Position numbers and translations under genes: made by a program. From the NCBI GenBank assembly GCA_947468275.1, contig CANIKO010000002.1:105363-169362 (forward strand): a stretch of DNA of 64,000 nucleotides, given 5' to 3'. The notes under the pieces are model-generated. The model worked only from the letters and a program-made list of their open reading frames with translations, did no database searches and was not told the origin of the DNA. Shown here in pieces: positions 20,064-28,897 of the stretch (positions within the stretch are counted from its first letter, which is position 1; every line of letters begins with the position of its first letter). The DNA is from Bacteroidota bacterium (GTDB lineage Bacteria > Bacteroidota > Bacteroidia > NS11-12g > UBA9320).

Positions 20064-20766
20064 TCGATTTTATTTTATAAATCAAGTCATATTCAACCTC
20101 TACCTCGGTTTCTAAATAGATTTCAGTGGTTGTCTGAACTGGAATATCCCTCAATGACAACATCCGATTTTTATCATATTCATTTGCACTGGCAAGCGTT
20201 TCTGCATTCATTATACCTAATACTCTGGTAATATAATTATCATTAGGATAAGGGTATTCCCCCTTTAGCCCAAGATTAGGATTGACAATAAAACCTACCC
20301 GTTTAAACATCTCCATGGTGTATTCGGCACAAATGCCCATAAGGGTTTCAAACTTTAATTGATTGGTAGTTGATATCCCAGCCCTTGTCAACAATACACT
20401 TATTCCTATACCCGCTACTTTCTTAGAATTCCATAATCCACAAAGTTCGCCAATGCCACCATTTACTCTAAAATTTTTCACAATATCAAAAATAATGGGA
20501 TCCATCTTACCAATAGCTTTCTCTATTGGTAGATAGTTGTTTTCATCAGATATTTGAGCTCTAATGCCACCCACTATTTCACCAGTAGATTTAACTTCAG
20601 CTACAACACCATAGATGTTAGGATTTATCATCCATTCATTGTTATTGGTAGAGATATTAGTAACATTATAATCTTTCAAAACAGACACATGTCCTTCGAT
20701 ATACCTCATACAGGTATCTGGCTCATCCACAGCCCTAAAGGCCCTAAAAATTAATTTTTCATTCAT
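20056..20766 (-). CDS. Hypothetical protein with GNAT-acyltransferase-like motifs
   Basis: 236 aa; KKVAGIGISVLLTRAGI (motif-A-like) and YTMEMFKRVGFIV (motif-B-like Y..F.K.GF). Translationally coupled to both neighbours. Fold assignment is by eye only. Confidence 0.35.
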   Translation of the reverse strand: MNEKLIFRAFRAVDEPDTCMRYIEGHVSVLKDYNVTNISTNNNEWMINPNIYGVVAEVKSTGEIVGGIRAQISDENNYLPIEKAIGKMDPIIFDIVKNFRVNGGIGELCGLWNSKKVAGIGISVLLTRAGISTTNQLKFETLMGICAEYTMEMFKRVGFIVNPNLGLKGEYPYPNDNYITRVLGIMNAETLASANEYDKNRMLSLRDIPVQTTTEIYLETEVEVEYDLIYKIKSND

Positions 20767-23068
20767 TATTCCACTTGTAAAATGCCGCCTCCAATGGTCT
20801 TCTTACCGACTTTATTTTGGGAGTATCAGCCTTAGTTAATCTAAAAATCATTATATCACCGTTTCCAGGTGTTAATTTTAATATTTCTTCAAATTTAGGC
20901 CTTATGGCCCATAATTTTTTTTGCCCTTTCTCACTTATATTTTCTCCTTTTCCAAGCATTAATCGATTGTAAACAAACAACGATGCCGTAATCGGTTGAA
21001 ATGCCAAATCAATTAAATTTGCTTTTAACCAAACGCGTTCAATAATCCGACCTCCATTAAAATAATCGGTAAGACTTTGACCTGACATAGAAAGGATACC
21101 TACAGCGCCAGCAGAATCAACTAACTTTTTCGTTAATTTATTAAACGCTGCCCCGCCATTCCATTCATTTAATAATTCTATGACTCCAGCATTTTGAGCT
21201 ATTTTCAATCCCGCTTTTTCTGGATTGGTTAATTCCACAGTCCGAATATCCACACCATCTCGTCGCTGGTCATTTTCCTCTTTCGTCCATCTCATTTCAT
21301 CTGAAAAATCTGCTTGCCCTGCTTTTTCCAAAAGTCTAATAATTTCAAGTTCTCCAAGAATTTCACCAATATTAAATAAGTCTTCATCACTCGTAAAAAA
21401 ACGAAGATTGGCACCTTCCATCTCGTTGGCCACACTTATTAATTCTTGTAATTTTTCACTTTCTATATTTGGCCGCTTTACTATATTTCTATTTGTATGT
21501 CGAATCTCAATGGCCTCGGCTAAATTAAGAAGTTTAGGATCGGTTGCTTTTTCGGGAAAAAACTTCACTTGGGCAACCAATTGTTTAATATTTTTATCTG
21601 GAAATACTTCGATTTTTGAATCCAAATGCAATTGTTTGGCCTTAAGTACAGCATTTTCAATAGCCGAACCAAGTGCAAGGCAAGCTGAAACATTTCCGTA
21701 ACCTAAAAACACCTCACTTCCTTCTAGAGCATAATAAGCCAATAATGTATTATTCTTCAATGCAAATTTCCAAGGCTGATAATTGCCTCCTGAAGGCGCA
21801 AGAATTGCGGCCTTAACAATTTGACTAACTTCTGAATCACTCAATGAGGCCTGTCCACTTTCTAATTCAATATTAATATTGTTTGTAATGCCTACAACAT
21901 CGGTATACTCATAAGGATCAACCCAAACATAAGGTTCCATTTCAGGCTTTTTATCCCCAATTAGCTCTTCTATATCAATATGGTAACGTCCTGATTCAGA
22001 GAATTGTTTCAATAAAATTCGCCGACTAACATCGGCTGTAATGCCCCCTCCCATTGCTACTGAACTGGCTAATTGTGGCCATGTATTAATGGATTGCTCA
22101 ATTTCCAACATCGATGCCTTAATTCGCAGCGAAGAGGTTTCTAAACCTAAGATATCTAAAATATATGGAAACTTTTCTTCATTAGTTTTTAAATTTTTAA
22201 GGGTATCCAAATCAAGATGATCAACCAATCCGTGCAATACACTGCGATTAGGCTCTAAATCAAATCGTTCAACATCTACCATACAACGATCACTGGTCTC
22301 CATAATTACAGCTATTCCAAGCTCTCTTGCCTTATAACGACTTAATATTTTTATTTCAAAACCATCCGATTCCTCAATCAGTAAATCAAGCTTTCCTCCA
22401 TCGAGAAAAAAGGATTCCATATTTGACTCTTGAAGTCCTTCTAAAAAACAACTCACCTTTATAAAAGGATCAATTTCGGCAATTTCTCTTGCCACAACAT
22501 TTACCTTATAGGTACCTAGGTTATGAATGCCTGTTCGTATTCTATTATAATTAGTGAGCTCTAAAATATCAAAATCGGCTAATCTAATTTCGCTGCAACT
22601 TCTTTCCATTGCAATGGTTATCGCTACCGATTGGCCAACAGAAAGGCCCACGACCCCTATTATTTTTTTTCTTAGTATTTCGCGTTCTTCTTTGGTTATT
22701 TTATATTGGTTTCTGTTGGTTCTAATCTCAATAAATTCCTCTTCATCTGGTATATGAACCAATCTGTTGGACCAAGGATAATACACCCACACCCCGTATT
22801 CTTCTATTGATAATGGTTCAATATGTTTATAGGTTGCTTCAATTAATTCGTCATCAGTGAATTTTTTAGATGGATATTTTATTTTAATTAATTGCTTAAC
22901 TTGATCAAATAAAAAATCACAAACAATTATTCCAGGAGTCAATAATAATTGCTCAAGGTTTTCCTTTTGTTTTAAATCTCCAATTCGGTAAAACAAAGGT
23001 TTTACCAATAAATCGTTTTTAATCTGTTCTTGTCTGTTCTTTAATAGTATATCGCTCAATCGTGTCAT
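20759..23068 (-). CDS. E1-like (ThiF/MoeB-family) domain fused to tandem nitroreductase-family domains
   Basis: 769 aa; IIGVVGLSVGQSVAITIA...IRLADFDILELTNYNRI aligns to the MoeB motif in this same window (GAGGLGCP...VDFDVVDLTNLHRQ). Downstream is ILAPSGGNYQPWKF, a nitroreductase FMN motif, plus a second nitroreductase-like half. Confidence 0.7.
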   Translation of the reverse strand: MTRLSDILLKNRQEQIKNDLLVKPLFYRIGDLKQKENLEQLLLTPGIIVCDFLFDQVKQLIKIKYPSKKFTDDELIEATYKHIEPLSIEEYGVWVYYPWSNRLVHIPDEEEFIEIRTNRNQYKITKEEREILRKKIIGVVGLSVGQSVAITIAMERSCSEIRLADFDILELTNYNRIRTGIHNLGTYKVNVVAREIAEIDPFIKVSCFLEGLQESNMESFFLDGGKLDLLIEESDGFEIKILSRYKARELGIAVIMETSDRCMVDVERFDLEPNRSVLHGLVDHLDLDTLKNLKTNEEKFPYILDILGLETSSLRIKASMLEIEQSINTWPQLASSVAMGGGITADVSRRILLKQFSESGRYHIDIEELIGDKKPEMEPYVWVDPYEYTDVVGITNNINIELESGQASLSDSEVSQIVKAAILAPSGGNYQPWKFALKNNTLLAYYALEGSEVFLGYGNVSACLALGSAIENAVLKAKQLHLDSKIEVFPDKNIKQLVAQVKFFPEKATDPKLLNLAEAIEIRHTNRNIVKRPNIESEKLQELISVANEMEGANLRFFTSDEDLFNIGEILGELEIIRLLEKAGQADFSDEMRWTKEENDQRRDGVDIRTVELTNPEKAGLKIAQNAGVIELLNEWNGGAAFNKLTKKLVDSAGAVGILSMSGQSLTDYFNGGRIIERVWLKANLIDLAFQPITASLFVYNRLMLGKGENISEKGQKKLWAIRPKFEEILKLTPGNGDIMIFRLTKADTPKIKSVRRPLEAAFYKWNNE

Positions 23069-23322
23069 AAACCTAATTAATTATAGTAGAATTTCGGGCA
23101 AATAAAATACCTATAATCCACATTTAATCAACCATTAATATGAGTGTGACCAATAAAATTGAAAATAACTTTTTAATACATTTTTGTAACATTTTTTTGT
23201 TGCAAAACATTTTTTATAATTATATTTGAATTATGATATTTGTTTTTAAATAGAAATATCAATATAAACATTATATAAAATGATACTATTGGTAAAATTT
23301 TATATAAATAAAAAAAGAAAAA

Positions 23323-23790
23323 TTGGAAGAAAATCAGAAAATTCACGTCTTATATGTAGATGACGAAGAAAACAATTTAATTGCTTTCAAGGCATCATTT
23401 AGACGTGATTTTACAATATTTACTGCTATTTCTGCATTGGAAGCTAAAGAAATATTGGCCAAAAATGAGATCCATATTCTTATTACCGATCAAAGAATGC
23501 CTGTAACCACTGGTTCGGAACTTTTGGCGCAAGCCGTTAAAGATTACCCTGATCAGATAAGAATACTTCTTACCGGTTTTTCAGACATGGAAGCATTAAA
23601 GGATGCCATTAACTTAGGACAAATTTATTGCTATTTACAAAAACCATGGAATGACGAGGAGCTTAAAACTACAATAAACAAAGCCTTTGAAATTTACCGC
23701 ACAAAACGCGAAAAAGATGAATTAACAGGGACATTAAAAACTTCGAATGAACAACTTGAATTTTATTTAAGGCAAAAACTTTTGTCTTAA
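23323..23790 (+). CDS. Stand-alone REC protein, paralog of the REC domain in the hybrid kinase
   Basis: 155 aa; HVLYVDDEENNLIAF...ITDQRMPVTTG...YLQKPW, about half identical to the N-terminus of 16801..17886. Confidence 0.8.
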   Translation: MEENQKIHVLYVDDEENNLIAFKASFRRDFTIFTAISALEAKEILAKNEIHILITDQRMPVTTGSELLAQAVKDYPDQIRILLTGFSDMEALKDAINLGQIYCYLQKPWNDEELKTTINKAFEIYRTKREKDELTGTLKTSNEQLEFYLRQKLLS

Positions 23791-23791
23791 T

Positions 23792-25087
23792 TTATCTCGA
23801 ATTTCGATAAAATTCATTAATCAATATAACCGACTCATTTAGCTCTTCTTTATTAGTATCAGGCAAAGATTGCATCTTGGTATAGTTGAATAATATCTTA
23901 TCTATTTTTTCTAATGAAACCTTGCTTAAGTAAGCTAATTTCGTTTTATCTTCGGTATTATTATTCTTTAAATTAATACCAAATTTTGTTCTTATAAAAT
24001 TGAAAAAATAACGAAATTTTTGCTCTGCTATGTTTTTGTGATTACCATCGGCCAAGTATAACTTTGTGATGGTTTGAGCAAATTCAATTGAAGTATTCTT
24101 GTTTTTTCCAATAACCAAAATTGACCTTTGTTTTCGTTTAAAACTAAATATACTGAACAAAATAATAGCTCCTAAAAAACTATACCATGCATACTGGAAT
24201 GAACGAAACGAAAGCAAAACCTCAAATGGACTTTCATTAGTTTTTGCTTCATTATCTATTACCCCTTCACTTGCAAAAGTATTGACATGCCAGTAGATAT
24301 TTCCAGGTTCAAGATGTAAAAACACCTTTTGAGCATATATAAAAACATCTTTTTTGCGAAGATAATAATTAGTAAAAACTAATGGTGAGGCATATAAATG
24401 CAACCACCCTTCGCCCACCTTTATTTTGATATAATTGGTATATTTTTCATGATCTGATAATTCAAGATTGCCAATTTTATAATAATCATAGTCTAAATTA
24501 TTCAATGATTGGTTTTCAAAAAATTCTTCAGAAAAATAACCCGCTTGCATTGGAATATAAGTTTGAAGATACTTAAGTTTAATAATAGGCGTGTCATTAA
24601 GTTTAAGTCCAGGATGCAACAATTGCAATTTGTATTGCATGCATTGAATTTGTGATAAAGCATTAGCCGAACTATTTACCGATTTTAATTCAGGCCGAAG
24701 CATACTATCCAAAAAATACTCAGATACTTCGTTTGATGCGATAAAAACCTGATTACCTTTTCTAATGAAATCATATAATGACGAAACGGTTGATTGATCA
24801 GGGACAAAACTGTATCCACTATAAAAATAGATATTATTCTTGCTCTTAAGAGTATTAAAATCGCTATTGTATCTTAGGGGTTCTTCTATTTTTATAAAGT
24901 CCTTTTCAGGATATAGACTCTTTGTAAGTTTAAATAACAACTCATTTCCATAGGGTGAACCACTGGATTGATTATAATTTTGACTCCAATTATAAGTAGG
25001 ACTTTTACTGTACAGATAATAAAAAAAAGCAGCTAAGCAAATCAATACAGAGAAAGCAATAAGAATGGGCCATTTTTTTTTAAACAT
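23792..25087 (-). CDS. Hypothetical membrane-anchored protein (DUF4350-like architecture)
   Basis: N-terminal TM, large soluble region, C-terminal TM (WYSFLGAIILFSIFSF); family call is from memory of architecture only. Confidence 0.3.
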   Translation of the reverse strand: MFKKKWPILIAFSVLICLAAFFYYLYSKSPTYNWSQNYNQSSGSPYGNELLFKLTKSLYPEKDFIKIEEPLRYNSDFNTLKSKNNIYFYSGYSFVPDQSTVSSLYDFIRKGNQVFIASNEVSEYFLDSMLRPELKSVNSSANALSQIQCMQYKLQLLHPGLKLNDTPIIKLKYLQTYIPMQAGYFSEEFFENQSLNNLDYDYYKIGNLELSDHEKYTNYIKIKVGEGWLHLYASPLVFTNYYLRKKDVFIYAQKVFLHLEPGNIYWHVNTFASEGVIDNEAKTNESPFEVLLSFRSFQYAWYSFLGAIILFSIFSFKRKQRSILVIGKNKNTSIEFAQTITKLYLADGNHKNIAEQKFRYFFNFIRTKFGINLKNNNTEDKTKLAYLSKVSLEKIDKILFNYTKMQSLPDTNKEELNESVILINEFYRNSR

Positions 25088-25790
25088 ACTGATTGGTATC
25101 TAATACTAAAAAAGCTTGTTTAAAAAGTTTATCAATCGACTGATAATGAAACTCATCTATCAAACTATCGCCATACCATACTGATTCATAAATTAGTGCT
25201 AACTGCCTAAAATACCAGTGTATTTCACTCCCCAAAATCTGCTGAGTATAGTCCCTATTCGTACTTTCTCGCTTCCATTTTATATATTTTTTTTGGTTTA
25301 ATAATTGAAGGAACGTTAAAAAATTTAATCGTGTGGCCAATCTATAATCTCCATTTTTTAAAGCTCCAATTAATAATTGGTCAATTTCAAGGTCGTTTAT
25401 ATCTTCAGGTTCATTTAGGATATCAAAGTTTACCGATTTTTTTTGAAGAGACTTATTGCCCAAAAAACCATTGCGAACTAATAAGTAAACAACTAAAGCT
25501 ATTAATAAAAAAATCAGGAGGTATGCCACTAAACTCAAAAATGCAGAACTGCCTGAGAAAAAAGGTTTTCCAAGATTTGGAGTCCTACTTTTTGTTTTAT
25601 TTAATTTTGGCGTTTTATATTTATAATCCTCTTTTAGTTTTTCCCAACGCTTGTTATCCAAGCTATTTCCACCTGGTTTACTTTGCAAATAATCGTTAGT
25701 AACATCGGCTGAATAACCTTGATTGAATGATAAGATAAATATTAAAACAAGGTTCCACCTTAAATTTAAAAGATTATTTAATGCCTGCAT
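25080..25790 (-). CDS. Hypothetical single-pass membrane protein (DUF4129-like architecture)
   Basis: Signal/TM, central TM (LVAYLLIFLLIALVVYLLV), C-terminal soluble domain. Confidence 0.3.
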   Translation of the reverse strand: MQALNNLLNLRWNLVLIFILSFNQGYSADVTNDYLQSKPGGNSLDNKRWEKLKEDYKYKTPKLNKTKSRTPNLGKPFFSGSSAFLSLVAYLLIFLLIALVVYLLVRNGFLGNKSLQKKSVNFDILNEPEDINDLEIDQLLIGALKNGDYRLATRLNFLTFLQLLNQKKYIKWKRESTNRDYTQQILGSEIHWYFRQLALIYESVWYGDSLIDEFHYQSIDKLFKQAFLVLDTNQYV

Positions 25791-25811
25791 TCAGTAATTA
25801 TAATTTAATCC

Positions 25812-27635
25812 TTATTTTGACCATACTTTTTCTAAGCGGGCTTTTAAGCCACTGCCGGTTATTTTTTCTTTTGCACTAAAATAATGCAATGTATTACCAA
25901 ATAAATACAAGGGCAACATTACAAAAAGCAGCGCCATACCAACAATTAAAACAGCCAATTTCTCTAATTCATTTATCATCGGACCTGACAATTTCAATCC
26001 GTTACTTATGGCTTCGATAATAAAATTAAGAATGGGAGATGAAACAGAAAGATAAAAAATAAACAATAGAATGAGTAGGGTTAAATTGAGAACGGCATTT
26101 GCTAAAATTGTTTTAAAGAAATTTTTTATTCCAGGAATAATACCAAATAATCCAGCATTAAATATTCCCGAATTCATAGAAATACAAAGCGGGAAGATTA
26201 CAAAAAAATATAAGATAAAGTAAAAAATTCCATCACAATAAAAATAAGAGCCCAGTGTTAAAAACATGAAATACCAGGAACCTATAAATCGAATTAATTT
26301 ACTCCTGGAGGATAAATAATTCTTACTCTGTTTGAAAAAAAAATAACCTTGAAACAAAACCGGAAACATTGAAAACAGAACCACAAAAACTGGCCAGATC
26401 TTGTAATATCCATCTCTAAACCATACGTTTATTTTTAAAAGTTTTATTATTTCAAAAATATTATCGGGCACCCCAAAAAACTGATATTCCAAATGCCGCG
26501 ATTGAGAAAAATAAAGTGCAATAATCATTACAGTGCTTAGTAATAAAGAGGATTTAATTATTACTCCAATATACCTCTTCCACACTCTAAATGTATCCGC
26601 AACCACTTCCCCGGCAGTTTTAATATCATCCAATACAATTTCATAAGGGGGATTAGGGGGCAACTCATTTTCTTCAATCAGATGCCCGGCTTTGCTAAAC
26701 TTATACCATGGCAGCCAAACAAAATAAAACAATATAAAAAAAAGTGAGCTTATAATTAATAAAGCTTTTAGATAAAGCGGGGCGTTGGATTGACCTGTAA
26801 TAAATGCTTCGATAAATGCGGCAGTAAGGGTTAGCGGGATTACTGTAAAAAGAATTTTGATACCCTTGATGGCTGAAATACGGAAAGCTTGGCCTCGCGA
26901 ATAAGTGCCGGGAAAAAGTAAACCTTTGCCAAATATCAAACCTGCTGTGGCCGATAATATCATGGTAAATATTTCTAATGTGCCATGCAGCCATATCGTT
27001 AATACTGTAAATGTGAAATAACCTGTTCCATAAAAAAAATACTGAAACACTCCTACCATCACTCCGTTGTAGGCCAAAACAAACAAGGTGCCTATGGCAA
27101 AAAACAAACCAGTTACAAAAGTTAGCATATCCACCCGCAGGTTATTGTAGGCAATTCGAAAGAATGAGGAAAGTTTATCCCCTTCGGCATACACATTCAT
27201 AGGTTTTCCTTCTTTAATATTTTGGTTGGTCATTTCTACATATTGGTCGCCCAATATTTGGCGGGCAAACCCCGGCTGATGCCTGCTACTAAACACTCCT
27301 ACTATAAATGTGAGAACAAATACAAAAAAACAAACTAGCAACTCCTTGCGGGCCGAATACATAATGGCGGGAAATTCTTCTTTAAAAAATTTGCTTAAAA
27401 ACGATTGTTTTCGTTTTCTATTGGTATAAAGCTTTAAAAAAACCTGTTGTGCCAATCCGTTTAAATACACCCTTACCGAGCGGTTGGGATAAAAAGACCG
27501 TGAATAAGAAAGGTCATCGGTTACTTGAATAAATAAATCATTGAGTTCATCAGGCTGTGTTGATTTACCTTTCAACACCGTTTCATAATGTTTCCAATTT
27601 TCTTTGTTTTGGTTTATGAAGGATGATTCTTTCAA
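25812..27635 (-). CDS. Stage II sporulation protein M-like (DUF95) polytopic membrane protein with extended C-terminal membrane domain
   Basis: 607 aa; N-terminal half resembles SpoIIM/DUF95 (VLAYNGVMVGVF..., IFTMILSATAGL, AAFIEAF); the C-terminal half adds ~6 more TM helices. Confidence 0.4.
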   Translation of the reverse strand: MKESSFINQNKENWKHYETVLKGKSTQPDELNDLFIQVTDDLSYSRSFYPNRSVRVYLNGLAQQVFLKLYTNRKRKQSFLSKFFKEEFPAIMYSARKELLVCFFVFVLTFIVGVFSSRHQPGFARQILGDQYVEMTNQNIKEGKPMNVYAEGDKLSSFFRIAYNNLRVDMLTFVTGLFFAIGTLFVLAYNGVMVGVFQYFFYGTGYFTFTVLTIWLHGTLEIFTMILSATAGLIFGKGLLFPGTYSRGQAFRISAIKGIKILFTVIPLTLTAAFIEAFITGQSNAPLYLKALLIISSLFFILFYFVWLPWYKFSKAGHLIEENELPPNPPYEIVLDDIKTAGEVVADTFRVWKRYIGVIIKSSLLLSTVMIIALYFSQSRHLEYQFFGVPDNIFEIIKLLKINVWFRDGYYKIWPVFVVLFSMFPVLFQGYFFFKQSKNYLSSRSKLIRFIGSWYFMFLTLGSYFYCDGIFYFILYFFVIFPLCISMNSGIFNAGLFGIIPGIKNFFKTILANAVLNLTLLILLFIFYLSVSSPILNFIIEAISNGLKLSGPMINELEKLAVLIVGMALLFVMLPLYLFGNTLHYFSAKEKITGSGLKARLEKVWSK

Positions 27636-27725
27636 GTTTCGCTTTGCAAAATGCGCTGCAATTTATTAAATTAAAGGTACAATAATTGGTGGAGATTCAA
27701 ATTAAACCTGTTATAGTTAATAAAA

Positions 27726-28880
27726 TTATTTAAGCAAATTTTTCTTGTTTAAAAATAAACGTAATAACGAGAGATTTGGTTCAGAATATCCTATTATCTC
27801 TTTTACAATTTTAAAATTAGTATCTAAAATTAAAACAGTAGGATTACTATTAATTGAAAACTGATGAAAATTAAACTTATTAAGGTCTATTTCAGGAATT
27901 TTTAAGCCTTTCAATTTTGTAAAATTATAAATATCTTCCTTTGAATCCACATTATCAAAACCAAAAAACCTGACTTGGTTAGTATCAATGTCATCATACA
28001 TAGCTTCTAATTTTGGCCTTAATAAATGGCAGGGTTTACAACCTAAATACCAGAAGTCAACTATAAAATATTTTATTTTGGAAGTATCTATTTGCAGAAC
28101 AGTATCATTTACTAATGGCATTTGAAGTTTTTCGTTTTTATATACCACTGGAATTGTATCCATAAACTTCCACTTTTTCTGTGGTTCCCTTGGCTTATAA
28201 GGGCCAAAGTTTAAAGAATCACCTATAGAATTTAAAGTTGTGTTTGGATATATTTTTAACAATACAGTCAATTTTTCCAATAAAAATTCCTTATCAAGGT
28301 AACTAAACTCTATTTTATAAATATGAAAATTACTGTCCAAGAATAACTTTCTTAAACCATTATGTTTTTTTATGTATTGCTCAACTATTGTTGTATCCTT
28401 ATTTTGCGACTGATAAATTAATTTATAATCACTATACTTTTTTTTAGAAAAAAAATTTGTTGAAGCGATTGGCAAATAGTTAAGGAAATACATGTTATTA
28501 GGAATTTGGCCTTTTTTTAGGTTAAACTTCTCGTGTATAGGTTTCCCATTAATATATTTTTTTACAAATTGTATTTTTTTATAGTTTACACTATCTCTTT
28601 GTTTGAAGTAATAATATTTTTTATCTGCTTTTAAGGAGGCTGAAAAGAAGTAATCAAAAAATGTGAGATATTGGTAACTATAATAATTGCCAATATCTAT
28701 TAAATATTTTGCTTCAAATACAGTTGTTTTATATCTTGTCTTAGATATATAATTTATTTGGGTTATTTGACTCCTTTTACTAAAAAACTCATTATTAATA
28801 GTTTCAATTTTATTTATTTGACAAGTGCTACTTAAAGAAAAAGATATAATAAAAAATGATAATATAAATCTTAGTAACAT
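27726..28880 (-). CDS. Secreted protein with C-terminal thioredoxin-fold (TlpA/AhpC-like) domain
   Basis: FIVDFWYLGCKPCHL carries a CxxC redox motif in a thioredoxin-like context. Confidence 0.45.
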   Translation of the reverse strand: MLLRFILSFFIISFSLSSTCQINKIETINNEFFSKRSQITQINYISKTRYKTTVFEAKYLIDIGNYYSYQYLTFFDYFFSASLKADKKYYYFKQRDSVNYKKIQFVKKYINGKPIHEKFNLKKGQIPNNMYFLNYLPIASTNFFSKKKYSDYKLIYQSQNKDTTIVEQYIKKHNGLRKLFLDSNFHIYKIEFSYLDKEFLLEKLTVLLKIYPNTTLNSIGDSLNFGPYKPREPQKKWKFMDTIPVVYKNEKLQMPLVNDTVLQIDTSKIKYFIVDFWYLGCKPCHLLRPKLEAMYDDIDTNQVRFFGFDNVDSKEDIYNFTKLKGLKIPEIDLNKFNFHQFSINSNPTVLILDTNFKIVKEIIGYSEPNLSLLRLFLNKKNLLK

Positions 28881-28897
28881 TAAATCTTAGTAAATCA

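Noticed and set aside
23138-23227. 29-codon ORF (MSVTNKIENNFLIHFCNIFLLQNIFYNYI) in the divergent promoter region, considered as a possible precursor peptide for the E1-like enzyme
   Set aside because: It sits in an extremely AT-rich intergenic region where such frames arise by chance. It has no recognisable leader or core features and is in the wrong orientation relative to the minus-strand operon. Left as untested.
26701-26994. 97-aa minus-strand ORF
   Set aside because: It is an alternative frame inside the 607-aa SpoIIM-like membrane protein gene.
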